NCBI RefSeq assembly: GCF_963921235.1
Contig: NC_086097.1
Location: 108,812,001 to 108,876,000 of the forward strand
Direction: 5' to 3'
Source of the DNA: Mobula hypostoma
Lineage: Eukaryota
DNA length: 64,000 nt
Shown piece after piece: positions 1 through 13,630 of the stretch. How positions within the stretch are numbered: the first letter of the stretch is position 1; each line of letters starts with the position of its first letter. The notes under the pieces are model-generated. The model ran no database searches, was not told where the DNA came from, and was given only the letters and a program-made list of their open reading frames with translations. Made by a program: the position numbers and the translations under genes.

Positions 1-1250
1 AGGGCAGATCGTGTCTAACAAGCCTGATAGAGTTCTTTGAGGAGGTGACCAGGCATATAGATGAGGGTAGTGCAGTGGATGTGATCTATATGGATTTTAG
101 TAAGGCATTCGACAAGGTTCCACACGGTAGGCTTATTCAGAAAGTTAGAAGGCATGGCATCCAGGGAAGTTTGGCCAGGTGGATTCAGAACTGACTTGCC
201 TGCAGAAGGCAGAGGGTGGTGGTGGAGGGAGTACATTCAGATTGGAGGATTGTGACTAGTGGTGTCCCACAAGGATCTGTTCTGGGACCTCCACTTATCG
301 TGATTTTTATTAACGACCTGGATGTGGGAGTAGAAGGGTGGGTTGGCAAGTTTGCAGACGACACAAAGGTTGGTGGTGTTGTAGATAGTGTAGAGGATTG
401 TCAAAGGTTGCAGAGAGACATTGATAGGATGCAGAAGTGGGCTGAGAAGTGGCAGATGGAGTTCAACCCAGAGAAGTGTGAGGTGATACACTTGGGAAGG
501 ACAAACTCCAAGGCAGAGTACAAAGTGAATGGCAGGATACTTGGTAGTGTGGAGGAGCAGAAGGATCTCGGGGTACATGTCCACAGATCCCTGAAAGTTG
601 CCTCACAGGTAGATAGGGTAGTTAAGAAAGCTTATGGTGTGTTAGCTTTCATAAGTCGAGGATAGAGTTTAAGAGTCGCAATGTAATGATGCAGCTCTAT
701 AAAACTCTGGTTTGGCCACACTTGGAGTACTGTGTCCATTTCTGGTCACCTCACTATAGGAAGGATGTGGAAGCATTGGAAAGGGTACAGAGGAGATTTA
801 CCAGGATGCTGCCTGGTTTAGAAAGTATGCATTATGATCTGAGATTAAGAGAGCTAGGGCTTTACTCTTTGGAGAGAGGGAGGATGAGAGGAGACATGAT
901 AGAGGTGTACAAGATAATAAGAGGAATAGATAGAGTGGATAGCCAGCGCCTCTTTCCCAGGGTACCACTGCTCAATACAAGAGGACATGGCTTTAAGGTA
1001 AGGGTAGGAAGTTCAAGGGAGATATTAGAGGAAGGTTTTTTACTCAGAGAGTGGTTGGTGCGTGGAATGCACTGCCTGAGTCAGTGGTGGAGGCAGATAC
1101 ACTAGTGAAGTTTAAGAGACTACTAGACAGGTACATGGAGGATTTAAGGTGGAGGCTTATATGGGAGGCAGGGTTTGAGGGTCGGCACAACATTGTGGGC
1201 CAAAGGGCCTGTACTGTGCTGTACTATTCTATGTTCTATGTTCTATGTTC
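1..1250 (+). mobile_element. CR1 LINE, 3' part of ORF2 (RT) and 3' tail
   Basis: GVPQGSVLGP, FADDTK and RTRGHG motifs with frameshifts; ends in (TTCTATG)n at ~1227-1250. Confidence 0.92.
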
Positions 1251-1340
1251 AACTTCCACCCTGTCCTTAAATTCATTTCGTCCATTTCTGATCCCTTTCT
1301 TGATCTCTGTCTCCATCTCTGGAGACAAACTGTCTTCCAA

Positions 1341-4146
1341 CAACACACCTAAAAAATGCTGGTGAACGCAGCAGGCCAGGCAGCATCTCTAGGAAGAGGT
1401 ACAGTCGACATTTCGGGCCGAGACCCTTCGTCAGGACTAACTGAAAGAAGAGATAGTAAGAGATTTGAAAGTGGGAGGGGGAGAGGGAGATCCGAAATGC
1501 TAGGAGAAGACAGGAGGGGGAAAGGATGGAGCTAAGAGCTGGACAGGTGATTGGCAAAAGGGATATGAGAGGATCATGGGACTGGAGGCCTAGGGAGAAA
1601 GAAAGGAGGAGGTGGGAAGCCCAGAGGATGGGCAAGAAGTATAGTGAGAGGGACAGAGGGAGAAAAAGGAGAGAGAGAAAAAAAATTAATAATAATAATA
1701 ATAAATAAATAACAGATGGGGTACGAGGGGGAGGTGGGGCATTTGCGGAAGTTTGAGAAGTCAATGTTCATGCCATCAGGTTGGAGGCTACCCAGACGGA
1801 ATATAAGGTGTTGTTCCTCCAACCTGAGTGTGGCTTCATCTTTACAGTAGAGGAGGCCGTGGATAGACATGTCAGAATGGGAATGGGATGTGGAATAAAA
1901 TGCATGGCCACTGAGGTGAAGTGTTGCCTCACCTGGAAGGACTGTCTGGGGCCCTGAATGGTGGTGAGGGAGGAAGTGTAAGGGCATGTGTAGCACTTGT
2001 TCCGCTTACAAGGATAAGTGCCAGGAAGGAGATCAGTGGGAAGGGATGGGGGGAACGAATGGACAAGGGAATCACGTAGGGAGCGATCCCTGCGGAAAGC
2101 AGAGAGATGGGGGGGAGGGAAAGATGTGCTTAGTGGTGGGATCCCACTGGAGGTGGCAGAAGTTACGGAGAATTATATGTTGGACCCGGAGGCTGGTGGA
2201 ATGGTAGGTGAGGACAAGGAGAACCCTATTCCTAGTGGGGTGGCGGGAGGATGGGGTGAGAGCAGATGTGCATGAAATGGGAGAGAGGCGTTTGAGAGCA
2301 GAGTTGATGGTAGAGGAAGGGAAGCCCCTTTCTTTAAAAAAGGAAGACATTTCCTTAGTCCTGGAATGAAAAGCCTCATCCTGAGAGCAGATGTGGCAGA
2401 GATGGAGGAATTGCGAGAAGGGGATGGCATTTTTTGCAAGAGACAGGGTGAGAAGAGGAATAGTCCAGGTAGCTGTGAGAGTCCGTAGGCTTATAGTAGA
2501 CATCAGTAGATAAGCTGTCTCCAGCGATAGAGACAGAAAGATCTAGAAAGGGGAGGGAGGTGTCGGAAATGGACTAGCTAAACTTGAGGGCAGGGTGGAA
2601 ATTGGAGGCAAAGTTAGTGAAGTCAACAAGCTCAGCATGCGTGCAGGAAGCAGCGCCAATGCAGTCATTGATGTAGCGAAAGAAAAGAGGGGAACAGATA
2701 CCAGTATGGGCTTGGAACATAGATTGTTCCACAAAGCCAACCAAAAGGCAGGCATAGCTGGGACCCATATGGATGCTCATGGCGACACCTTTAGTTTGGA
2801 GGAAGTGGGAGGAGCCAAAGGAGAAATTATTAAGAGTAAGGACTAATTCCGCTAGACAGAGCAGAGTGGTGGTAGAGGGGAACTGGTTAGGTCTGGAATC
2901 CAAAAAAAAGCAGAGAGCTTTGAGACCTTCCTGGTAGGGGATGGAAGTATATAGGGACTGGGCATCCATGGTGAAAATAAAGCGGTGGGGGCCAGGGAAC
3001 ACAAAATCATCGAAAAGTTTAAGAGCCTGAGAAGTGTCAAGAACATAGGGATTGAACAAGGGGGGATAAACCAGTGTCCAGGTACGCAGAACTGAGTTCA
3101 GTGGGGCAGGAGCAAGCTGAGACAATGGGTCTACCTGGACAGGCAGGTTTGTGGATCTTGGGTAGGAGGTAGAAACGGGAAGTGCCAGGTGTGGGAACTA
3201 TAAGGTTGGTAGCAGTGGATGGGAGATCCCCTGAGCGGATGAAGTTGGTGATGGTATGGGAGACAATGGCCTGGTGCTCCTTAGTGGGGTCATGATTGAG
3301 GGGTAAATAAGAGGAGGTATCTGTGAGTTGTCGCTGTGCCTCGGCAAGGTAGAGGTCAGTATGCCAGACTACAACAGCACCCCCCCCCCCGCTATCAGTG
3401 GGTTTTATAGTAAGGTTAGGATTAGTGTGGAGGGAGTGGAGAGCACAGCATTCGGAAGGAGTGAGGTTGGAATGGGAACAAGGTGCAGTGAAGTCGAGAA
3501 GGTTGATGTCCTATCAGCAGTTAGCAATAAAGAGATCCAGAGCAGGCAGAAGACCAGAGCGGGGTGTCCATGAAGAGGAGGAGGGCTGAAGACGGGAGAA
3601 GGGGTGGGAGGGTCCTTGCCGAAGAAGTAGGCTCGAAGACGGAGCCGGTTGAAGAAGAGTTCAGCATCATGGTGAACACGGAACTCACTGAGGTGTGGGC
3701 GAAGGGGGACAAAGACGAAGCCCTTACTGAGGACAGAGCGCTCTGCCTCAGACAGTTGAAGGTCGGAGGGGATGATAAAGACCCGGCATGGATGAGAAGT
3801 GGGATCAGAGGGGGGAGGGGCAGGGAGGCTGGGGGTGTCAGTGGAGAGGGGAGGGTTAGGGTGAGAGGAAGATGGAGCCTCTGAGGACCCAGGAGCTGAC
3901 GGTGGGATCTGAAGGAGACGGGATTGCAGAATGGTGGTGGGGGAAGGGGAGACAGGAGTCACAATAGCAGCACATAAAGACCCGGCCTGGAGTTCAAGGC
4001 TGGAGTCGCAGTTGGTGGTTGCGCTATCGCTTTGAAGGTGTCCATGGTCATTGCTGGAGTCCGAGTTTTGAATATGCCCTGGGGTGCTGGAGCCAGCGAG
4101 ATCAATGGCAGGGGCCGCAATCTGAAGTTCATGCCGGCTGGCCCCG
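1341..4146 (-). mobile_element. Penelope-like element (RT + GIY-YIG), long degenerate copy nested in an older opposite-strand Penelope copy
   Basis: ORF fragments include FTMDAQSLYTSIP, GVAMSIHMGPSYA, FRYINDC and HLIFRLGSLQPDGMN; flanked by 10-bp TSD TGTCTTCCAA (1331-1340 and 4147-4156). Confidence 0.9.
1403..1438 (-). ncRNA. Minimal hammerhead ribozyme motif (CpG-mutated stem III)
   Basis: Reverse complement AGTC-CTGACGA-AGGGTCTCGGCCC-GAAA-TGTC-GACT. Confidence 0.62.
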
Positions 4147-5045
4147 TGTCTTCCAATATCATTTATACACCTATTGATTCCCATGGCTAAACTGCAGGGA
4201 TTCACTTTCTGCAGGGATTGCTTTCTCTGTGATTCCCTTTGTCCATTTATCCGCACTCATTAGTCTCTCTCCTGGCACTTATCTCCGCAAACAACAGAGA
4301 TTCTTCACCTGCCCATTCACCTCCTTCCTCACCTCCATTCGAGGCTCCAAGTAGTCCTTCCAGGTGAGACAACACATCACCTCCAATACTGTGTACTGTG
4401 CTCCCAACGCAGCCTCCTCTACACTGGTGAGACCCAGTCTAAACTGGGGGACTACTTTGTCAAGCACCTCCACTCCATCTGCAAAAGGCAAAATTTCCCA
4501 GTGGCCAAGCATTTTAATTCTCACTCCCTTTCCATTCTGACATGTTGGTCCAGGGCTTCCTCTTCTGACACAGTGGGGTCTCTCTCAGGTTGGAGGAGAA
4601 CACCTCATATTCCATCTAGATAGCCTCCAACTTGATGGCATGAGCATTGACTTCTACTTCTGATAATTTCCCCTCCTCCTCCCTCGCCTTCTATTCACCA
4701 CTCTGGCCTCTTACCTCTTCTCCTCATGGGCCTATCACCTCCCCCTGGTGCCCAAACACCTTTTCTTTCTCCCAAGGTCCACTGTCCTATCAGTTTCCTT
4801 GTTATCCAGCCCTTTACCTTTTCCAGCTTTTTACTTCATCCCCCATCCCCACCCGCTTGGCTTCACCTATCATCTTCCAGCTTGACCTCTTACCCATCTC
4901 CCCCATCCCCCCCACCTTCTTATTCTGGCATCTTCCCCTTCCTTTCCAGTCCTGATGATGAAGGATCTCAGCCAGAAACAACTCTTAATTCATTTCCATA
5001 AATGCCAGACCTGCTGAGATCCTCCAGCATTTTATGGGAGTTGCT
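4147..5045 (+). mobile_element. Older degenerate Penelope-like element, continuing from 1251-1340
   Basis: Diverged homology to the GIY-YIG region and 3' UTR of the younger copies; degenerate hammerhead motif at ~4948-4985. Confidence 0.75.
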
Positions 5046-5049
5046 TCTC

Positions 5050-6020
5050 ATAAGTAAACCGTTTCATTCCTGGGATCATTTTCATGAACTTCCTCTGAAC
5101 CCTCTTCAATACCTACACATCCATTCTTAGATATGGGGCTCCAACTGCTCACACGACTCCAAATGTGGTCTGACTAATACCTTATAAAGCCTCAGCATTA
5201 TATCCTTGCTTTTATATTCTTGCTCTCTCAAAATGAACGCTAACCTTGCATTTGTCTTCCTTAGTACCAACTGCAAATGAACCTTTAGAGAATCCAGCAC
5301 TAGGATTCCCAAGCCCCTTTGTATCTCTGCCTTCTGAATTCACTCCCCATTTAGATTAGTCTTTGCCTCTGCTTCTTTTACTAAAGTGTATGACCCTACA
5401 TTTCCCCATTCTGCCGCCTCCTTGCCCATAAACCTAATCTGTCCAAGTCCTTCTGCAGACCCCCTGTTTCCTCAACACTATCTGTGCCTCCACCGAACAA
5501 GTCAAACGCTGGTTATCCTGTGGCTTGCTGACACCTCGATGCTTTATCACTATCCACATGGCACAAAGCAGCATCTTCAAGCCAGGATGGAATACTCTCT
5601 ATCTGCCTCGATAAGTACAGTTCCAGCAACAGCCCAGAAGCTCAGTGACAGCCAGGACAAAGAAGCAGGCCACATTAGCACCTAATCAACCACCATAAAC
5701 ATTCCACCATTAATGCACAGTAGCTATCATGTGTACTATCTACAAAACTCACTGTACCTCCTAAATCCGTGATCCAACAAGGAAGGACAAGAAGAATCTG
5801 GTAAATGGAAAGTTTACCACTGCATGTTTTCCTCCAAGTTGCATACCACTGTAACTTTGAAATATATCACCAGTTCTTCTTTGTTATTGGGACTAAATCC
5901 TGAACTCCCCATCCAAAAACATGTGGGAGTTTGAAAGACAGTAGTGGTTCACTAGCACCTTCTCAAGGGCAGACAGGGATAAGTAACTAATGCTGGCTTT
6001 CCCAGTGATACCTAGACCCT
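5050..6020. mobile_element. Old CR1 fragment (-) followed by the 3' tail of a CR1/L2-group LINE (+)
   Basis: ORF 5127-5312 contains LYKVLVRPHLE; tail motif caccttctcaagggc…gggat…aatgctggc at ~5955-6000 recurs at ~14495. Confidence 0.6.
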
Positions 6021-7225
6021 AAAAATAATTAAAAGAAAATTCCATGTCCCAGAACTTTTCAGTTTCTGAGAAGTCCTTACTCAATCTAGATGTCCATTTG
6101 ATTGAAAAGAAGATGGTGATCATTGCCGAAAATGACTTTCAATTAGGTGGCCATTTGTTGTTATTTTGGCAACAATGGGAGAAAAGACCAGAAATGTGAA
6201 ACCTGTGATGGTTTATTTTTCACATCTAAAACCAAATTTCCTAGTTGGTTGATTGTTGGATCACCTGATTGATGGATGTACATGTAGGTTGGAACTTTTG
6301 ATGAGGATAGGCTGTTGTCTTACTTGAGGTAACGTGCTTTAACATCATAACAAATGTGCGTATTACTCCCATTGCCCTAGGTCCACTGTTCTGTGCCCTT
6401 TATAGCTATTGCTAGATAACTCTAACCGATTAATCTCACTGATGAATGACTCTATCGTCTGTTATTCTTGCATTGCAAAACCCGAAATCTGTACACTCAA
6501 TCTTTCATGACATGAGGATCTGATGGGTGGCTGATGTCAGTCATATGATGTACACTGTGTTGTTAGAATCCTAAAACCCTCCTGTAAAAACTGCATCCAC
6601 TCTTTTCCATCCTCATGTGATGAATCAGAACTTTGAAGGCAAATATAAATAAATCCCATGTTCAGTGTTTTTAAGTGATCTGGTGATTGATCATTGAATG
6701 ATGGGATATGTAATTCTGCAATATGATATCCCTGAAGGAGATAGTTTTAAAGAAATGAAAGCAAGAGTTATTAGCATAATCAGATGAATTATCATGCAAT
6801 TAAATTTTCTGTGGAGGCAAAGCCAAATATAGCTCCATCCTGTAACGAATGAGTAATATGTTCTTGAACTTCTTGCAGCTGCTCTTCCTGTTTAGGCTCA
6901 GCCCCATCCTCGGCAGTACTCACAAGCAATCACAATACTCTCGTATATGGTCTATTCAAAGTTTTATGAAAATTTAACCCTGTAATTTCTTTTCTACAGA
7001 CTAATTAGAAAATATGACAGTACACATTATATACAACCATGCAAGTTGAAATTTATACATATATATACTCAGATCCCCATTTCTGAAAATTCATTTACAT
7101 GAAAAACATGAAATATTCAAGTGTTTTCTTTTGAACGTAGGACATCTGCAGTGATTTTGTTCTAATTGAGATTTCCGCAGACACCATCTTTCTTATTTTT
7201 ACTCTCTGATGGGCATATTCAAAAG

Positions 7226-7550
7226 GATGGCCTGGTAGTGTAGTGGTTAGCACAATTGCTTTGTAATGTCAGTGATCACTGATTAGGGTTTGATTCCCAC
7301 TGCAGCCTGTAAGGAGTTTGTACGTTCTCCCCGTGACTGCATGGGTTTCCTCCGGGTGTTCTGGTTTCCTCCCATAGTCCAAAGACATATGGTTAGGGTT
7401 ATGATCATGAGATGTGGGCATGCTATGTGGCACTAGAAGTATGTTGACACTTTCGAACTGCCCCCTGCACAACCCTCGGACTCTGTTCGTCATTGACGTA
7501 AATGACACATTTCATTGTACGTTTTGATGCAAGTGTCAATTAAAGCTAAT
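7226..7550 (+). mobile_element. tRNA-derived V-SINE
   Basis: A box TAGTGTAGTGG, B box GGTTTGATTCC, V-domain GGGTTTCCTCCGGGTG-TCTGGTTTCCTCCCA; minus-strand relatives at ~14112-14368, ~18530-18822 and ~29070-29260. Confidence 0.82.
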
Positions 7551-7586
7551 ATTATCCTGTAATTATATCGCAAATCATCTACTAAC

Positions 7587-7808
7587 CTCCACAGTGAACT
7601 TGTCATCAAATTTCCAGTGCTGAGCAGTGATATTTTGTTCAAATTTAGGATATTGTTGTTTTGATTTGACTGTCACATTGTAGATCGGGTCAATAGGCAT
7701 GTAAGCCTGCACCAAACCTTTCAGCTGTTTCAAAAGATTTTTCTTGGCGCTGTCAATAATTTCAAATAACTGTCTTTCTTGGTTATACCAAATTTGCTTT
7801 GGAAAGCT
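7587..7808 (-). CDS. RGS22: RGS22-like coding exon 4 (gene continues beyond window start)
   Basis: tctctttttatttcag|SFPKQIWYNQERQLFEIIDSAKKNLLKQLKGLVQAYMPIDPIYNVTVKSK…KFTVE|gttagt; 222 nt open; aligns with RGS22 TFSEAIRFN…FEV…KQLK…PIYDV. Confidence 0.83.
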
Positions 7809-7855
7809 CTGAAATAAAAAGAGAATGTATATTTAAATATGCAAAGACAGAACTC

Positions 7856-8514
7856 CAGACATCCCACCCTGCAAAAACTCATTTCAGGGAGGTAGCACCC
7901 CTGCTTCCCCCGCCACAACCCCATATCTGCCCCCCCCCAGTCCAGTTGACCCCCAAGGGTGTATGTAATACTTTGTTTAGTGATTTTGTCTAATCTGTAA
8001 ATCTGTAAACAAAGTTGCAGAAAGTGTGACATTAAAATATGTACTTATATTATCATGTTTATTCTATTACAACTTTAAGCAAGTCTACATGGAGTTTGGC
8101 CTCATCACATAGGACATTTGTGTAGCTCCTTAGCAGCTAGCCAGTTAGTTTAAATAACGTTAGCTATGCTAATGAACGAATGACACCTGTTAAACTCACC
8201 TCAATGTGTCTTTTACATTTTAACCCACCACGGGCAATAGAAATGTCACTGTTGCAAACAATGCAACAGTGCAGACAGCAAACAGTGCAGCGAGCAACAT
8301 TGTCATTATTTTTGAGGTCGACTGTAAAGCCCGCCCACAGAGAAAACTGATAGGTCTACCTAGCACAAAGAGAGACCAATCAGGATGCTCGCTCTCCCTG
8401 TCCCTCTCAAAAACAAATCAATTTCCGGGATATTGTATATAATTTCTGGGTGTCAGGGAGCCGCTATCAATATGCAGGAGACACCCGGAACTTCCAGGAG
8501 AGGTGGGATGTCTG
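7856..8514. mobile_element. Non-autonomous DNA transposon (MITE)
   Basis: Perfect 13-bp terminal inverted repeats CAGACATCCCACC / GGTGGGATGTCTG; flanks GAACTC / GAATTC. Confidence 0.7.
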
Positions 8515-11419
8515 GAATTCTAATCTCAGCCATATACTTTGCCAACACGGTTACATTGATTAGGAATCTCCATAAAGAATATTTCGCTAGCAAGGAAAAT
8601 ATCATCTGAGCATAAGAAATAAGTATGCATTGTTTCATCTTCTTTGAAAACAGTTTTTAATTTGGAAAAATATTGGAGAAGGGGAAAATATCTTTTGACT
8701 GTGCTATAAGATTAAAGTGCCATGTGATGAACCCATAAAAAACGTATCCAGATAAAGATGAAGAAATACTTAGAATGATGCAACAATTCATCCTTCTTTC
8801 TGACTCTTTGTGCTACCATATTATGAAGTCCAACACATAACATCTATAGAGCAATAAAGTATTAACTGCCTAGCTTATTTGTGTCATGGAGCAATGGACT
8901 AGGTTCAAATTGAATGCTGATCAAATGTGCAAGAACAAACAACATATTTTACATCAAAAAATGACATACCAAGAGATAAGTTACAGTAATTATGTCAGCT
9001 TTGGGTTAATTATTACTTAAGTGGCAAAGGTAGGAGGGATCCGTCAGCAAGAAAGAAAGTTGGTGGTTGACAACCTCATACATTAAAAATAATTATATAC
9101 GGGGATAACAACTATAACGGCTTGAATGAATAATTTGACTTCAATTGATTTTGGAATAGATCCAGGAATCTTAACCATAATAATACAGACAAAATATAGT
9201 ATTTAAAGCAGCATAATTTCCAACATATTCCTATGAATCGGCCTGAAGTATTACTTCAATTTCTCCCTCCAACATTGCTGTTTGCCTACTGAGTATTTCT
9301 AGCATCTTATTATCCTAACGTTAGATTTCCAGCATCTGCAATATTATGCTTTTGGATTCAATTTTTCAATAGTGTCCTGCAGCACTTAAAAAAGTTCTAG
9401 GGCACTGGGAAATAGATGTTCTTTTTTTTTAGCATTGTGTGCTTTTTTTTGAATATGGATTGAAGAAATCCACTGACTGAGAAATTGAGTGTCATGAAAT
9501 CAGGTTATGACTACATGTGGAAGTTGCAGTTGTCACAAGTACAGACTCTGCTGTGCAGTCTGAGTGCCTCGCAGGCAAACAACTGAAAGGGCTCAGCAAT
9601 CACACTCATGAGTATGTATGTTCCAGCCAATTAGAGAGTCTTTGTGATTGTACCTAACTCCCTTCCATTTGTTTCAGTCTTTTCATGTCTTGACTGAAGC
9701 GCAATGACATCAATGCTCCCTGTTTACCTTAGTCCTCATTCTGGGAAAGTGCAAACTGAGCGCAAGATTGACATTGTAAAGGGGAGGATTTAATTTAGAA
9801 TATTGTTACTGCTTCTGAGCTGCAGTGTTGCCGCTGGTTTTAGTTTGAAAGTTTCAGTTAACGGCCCTGTTGGCCTAACATTCACTATTTTCCTTTTCTT
9901 CTACACAGTTCTACAAAAAAAAATCAGCGAACTGTTCAATTTGCTTCAGTGCCTCTCCCTCTGCACTTGGGACACCACTGTATACTGTGGCAGCAAGATT
10001 CGACCATCAAAATGGACGCAGTGGAGAGAGAACAGGTAACTATAGCCCTGACATTCATTTGTCAAGTAGGAGAGGAGTTAAAGTCAGTGGAGGCTGGGTG
10101 AGCACAAGTAGCTCGTGCAGTGTGAGAGCTACTCTCAGAGTGGCAAGCCCAGTCCAAACCGGTTCATCGGTAAGATGGAGGTGAAGTTGGAGTCAGTAAA
10201 GACTGGATTGGCAGTACAGTCTCACAGTGGAACAACTGCTTTCAGAGTGGCAAACACAGTCCAAGCAGAAAGAAGAGATTTGTTAGGATTTGCAGCAACA
10301 ATTCAGCAACTCACCAGAGACAGCCAGAAATCAGGTGGCAGCCATTACTGCTCTTGCTGCTGCTACTCAGCAGCTCTCTGCCAAGACAGTCCCACTCCCA
10401 GCATCAGCATCTCCCACATCCTCCTCGGTAGCAGTCTCATTAGCCTCAGCAACTATGCCCCAGTTCCCTTGGCAGCTTGCAGACCTGAACTGAGTATTCC
10501 TCCAGCAATCTCCAGGATACAATTGGGTCTTATAAGACAAACTTAGATAGGTACACGGAGCTATGTGCTAGGGAAATTCTAGGCAGTTTCTAGAGTAGGT
10601 TGCATGATCGGTACAACATTGTGGGCCGAAGGGCCTGTAAAGTGCTGTAGATTTCTATGTTCTAATCAGATACTTAAGTGACCTCAACAACTGCAAGAAC
10701 CTCATTACCCAGTGTGAGCTGACTTTCTAAGCTCTGCCAGGTTAGTTCAGTTACATTCTGCTGAACTGGAGTCAAACAACAAAGAAACGGACTCATGCCC
10801 AGTGAGTCTGTGTCACCAAAAAATATCTGTTTGCTATTTTACACTAACTACATTTTGTTCTCCCACATTCACATCAAATCCCTCAGGATTCTGACACTCA
10901 CATGCACACTAGGGATGGCTAATCAACCTTCAAATCTACATAAATTGGCATGTGGGAGGAAACCATTTTAGAAATCATAGGTTGAACTCTGATTGCTGGA
11001 GCTGCATCTAAAAAGTAAATGCAGTTACAACACCCAGTTATCGTGTTCAATATGAGCTAGAAAGACTAAAATTTTTTAAGCACAGCTGAGATCATTGTCA
11101 GCAGAGGTCCCCACCAGCACAAAAGCTGGTCAACTCTCCCAACAGCCCAGCAAGGGTAAGATAGAGGGGGTGGAACAGGCAAGCAGTCTGAGAGGCTGGT
11201 GGCATGATAGGCAGTAAACACTGCCAGCAGTCAGGCTACCTGCTGGCCTCAAAAGAAAGGAAGTGCCGGTAATTACAGCACTAACTTGATGTCATGGAAT
11301 AGATGATCTGGTCCAAGATCAGAGACAGCACTGGCAAAATGCTTGAAACATATACAGTAATTATATTGACTGCACAATTACCAGGTTACGGATCAGTTTG
11401 AATTTATATTGGAAGATAT

Positions 11420-13290
11420 TTCTGCTGTGTATTTAATATTTCAGTAGTATTTGAGTAATATTGTAAATATATTGTTTGACAAAGCATACTTGTTCATAAT
11501 TAATTATATGTTATATATAAAATGAATTGCATATATCATGACATTACCATGTGGTATGTATGCACCTCACTTAAACTAAACACAAAACTAAGACTCTCAT
11601 CATTTTGGACTCCCGCCTTTTTACTACAATTAGTTTTTCTGTTGTGAAGTTGCAAAACAAAACAGTGGTGATGAGAAAGTTTTAAATAAACCCATGCAGC
11701 AAGACGTTCAAGTTTAAAAAAAAAGAAACAGTTGAGTTTAAATGAAAATGCAACGCAGCATGTGCAGAGACAATCAAGTTAAAAATGAAAGGCAGAAAAC
11801 CTAAGAATTAACGGGTTCATACACAATGAGTACTGGGCGAAAAGAATCATTAAAAAAAAGAGCAGAAATCTGTGGCTACATTGAAAAAATTGATGTGTTT
11901 GATTACATAAAAGATAACTGGATTTTGTATACCGAACCAATTAAGCAGTATTTTAAAACAAATGAAATAGCCAATGAGAAACAAGTATTAATTTTGCTGA
12001 GTGCATTGGTTCAAAGGTCAAGTTTAATGTCAGAGAAATGTATACAATATACATCCTGAAATGCTTTTTCTTCACAAAACATCCACGAAAACAGAGAAGT
12101 ACCCCAAAGAATGAACAACAGCTAAACGTGAGAACTCCAAAGTACCCCCCCAGCTCCCCCCTCCTGCACGTAAGCGGCAGCAAGCAATGATCCCCCTCCA
12201 AGGGTTAAAAGATTCAAAGATTAACTGCTCCAATCAAACCAGCCGAAATTAACTTTGCTAATATAGTGAAAGTAATGCAGGAACATTTAGAACCAGAATA
12301 CTTTAGGTTTCATAAGCAAAATGAAAAAGAAGGGGAGTTCATTTCATCATGCTGAAATTGATGAAATTGGCTGAATTGAAGAGATTGGGCATTGTCAGTT
12401 AAATGATGAGCTTAATGATGCACTGAGAGATTATTTAGTTTGTATGGAATCTTATAAGAAAGCATTCAAAAAATGGCTTCTAACTGAAGTACAACTTAGA
12501 TTTAAAAGAGCAGTTGAAATAGCTATATCAATGGCAACTGCAGACAGAGATGCAATTGAGTTGCAGTCAGGAATGAAAGTGAGCGTGAACAAAATTACAG
12601 CATCTAGATGGAGGCCAACCGAGCTGATCACGTTGTGTTACCTTTATGGCAGGGGCTCACATACACCAGATCAATGCAGGTTTAAGAGTGAAAATGCAGA
12701 AAATGCAACAATGTAGGACACATACAAAGAGCATGTAGGGCAGACAGGAATTAATGGACCGCACAGGGAAGAGAAAAAAGCTAAAAAGTAAAGTTGTAGT
12801 TTCAAATCCAGCACTAATCCGCAGACTGTTAATGAAAATTCTGATAATGATGAGAGTGACACTGGACTGCGTAGCTTTGAGATTTACAATGAGGAAGCTA
12901 ACAATAGGCAAGCAATAAGGCTTACACCAGAAATGAACAACAAATTAATTAAAATAGAATTGGACATCTGCCTGGCTGATTCAGTCGTTCCACAAATGAG
13001 TTTGAACAGCATTTCAAAGATACTGAAATGAAGTCTACAGATATCCAACTAAGAACTTATACCAGGGAAAAGATAACCCTTGTGGGAATGACATCTGTTA
13101 CAATGAAATACAGCAACAAACATGCCACAATGGGCTTGTATGTGGCAAAAACAAGAGGGCCAGCACTGTGGGGGCATGATTGGCTGAGACAACTACAACT
13201 TGATTGGAAACCTATCCACTATTTCCATGCCGCATTCCCTGCAATAGAGTCAACTGAAAATAAATTTAAATAGGTAATGATGATGCCATA
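11420..13290 (+). mobile_element. Gypsy LTR retrotransposon remnant (LTR, PBS, gag, protease)
   Basis: PBS-like ACAgTGGTGATGAG at ~11662; gag-like KIDVFD…NWILYTE…QYF…NEI; degenerate Zn knuckle; protease-like IELD, LRTYT and GPALWGHDWL. Confidence 0.78.
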
Positions 13291-13362
13291 ACTCTCTCCA
13301 TGCTGGACGCCATAAACAGTTGTATAACAGGCAGCAAATAGGAATTGGTGTCAAGCTCAGGG

Positions 13363-13630
13363 CCTCTGGTTGGAAAGCATATTGGACCAAAGACGGACGA
13401 TGCTGCTCAGAGGAGTCGTGAAAGTGATGAAAGCAGTAATCAGACTACAACAGTTTTTATACGCAACATATCTGAAAAAGCTTCTGATATGTTAATCAGG
13501 CAGTTACTTGAAAAATTTGGATTGGATTTAAGTTGGAATGGTCTTCAAGGAGCTACAGGAAAGTTGCAAGCATTCGGCTTTTGTGAATATAAAGAACCAG
13601 AATCTACTCTGCGTGCATTAAGGTTATTGC
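13363..13630 (+). pseudogene. RBM25: Processed (intronless) fragment of RBM25, RRM region
   Basis: LVGKHIG…TTTVFIRNISEKASDMLIRQLLEKFGLDLSWNGLQGATGKLQAFGFCEYKEPESTLRALRLL matches the RBM25 RRM; contiguous, truncated at both ends, with substitutions at conserved positions. Confidence 0.88.

Noticed and set aside
7226..7300. tRNA-like A/B boxes
   Set aside because: SINE head, not a tRNA gene; no complete cloverleaf.
9800..10750. Possible old LTR/gag remnant and a 143-aa ORF
   Set aside because: Only vague LTR/PBS resemblance; no diagnostic motif I can support.
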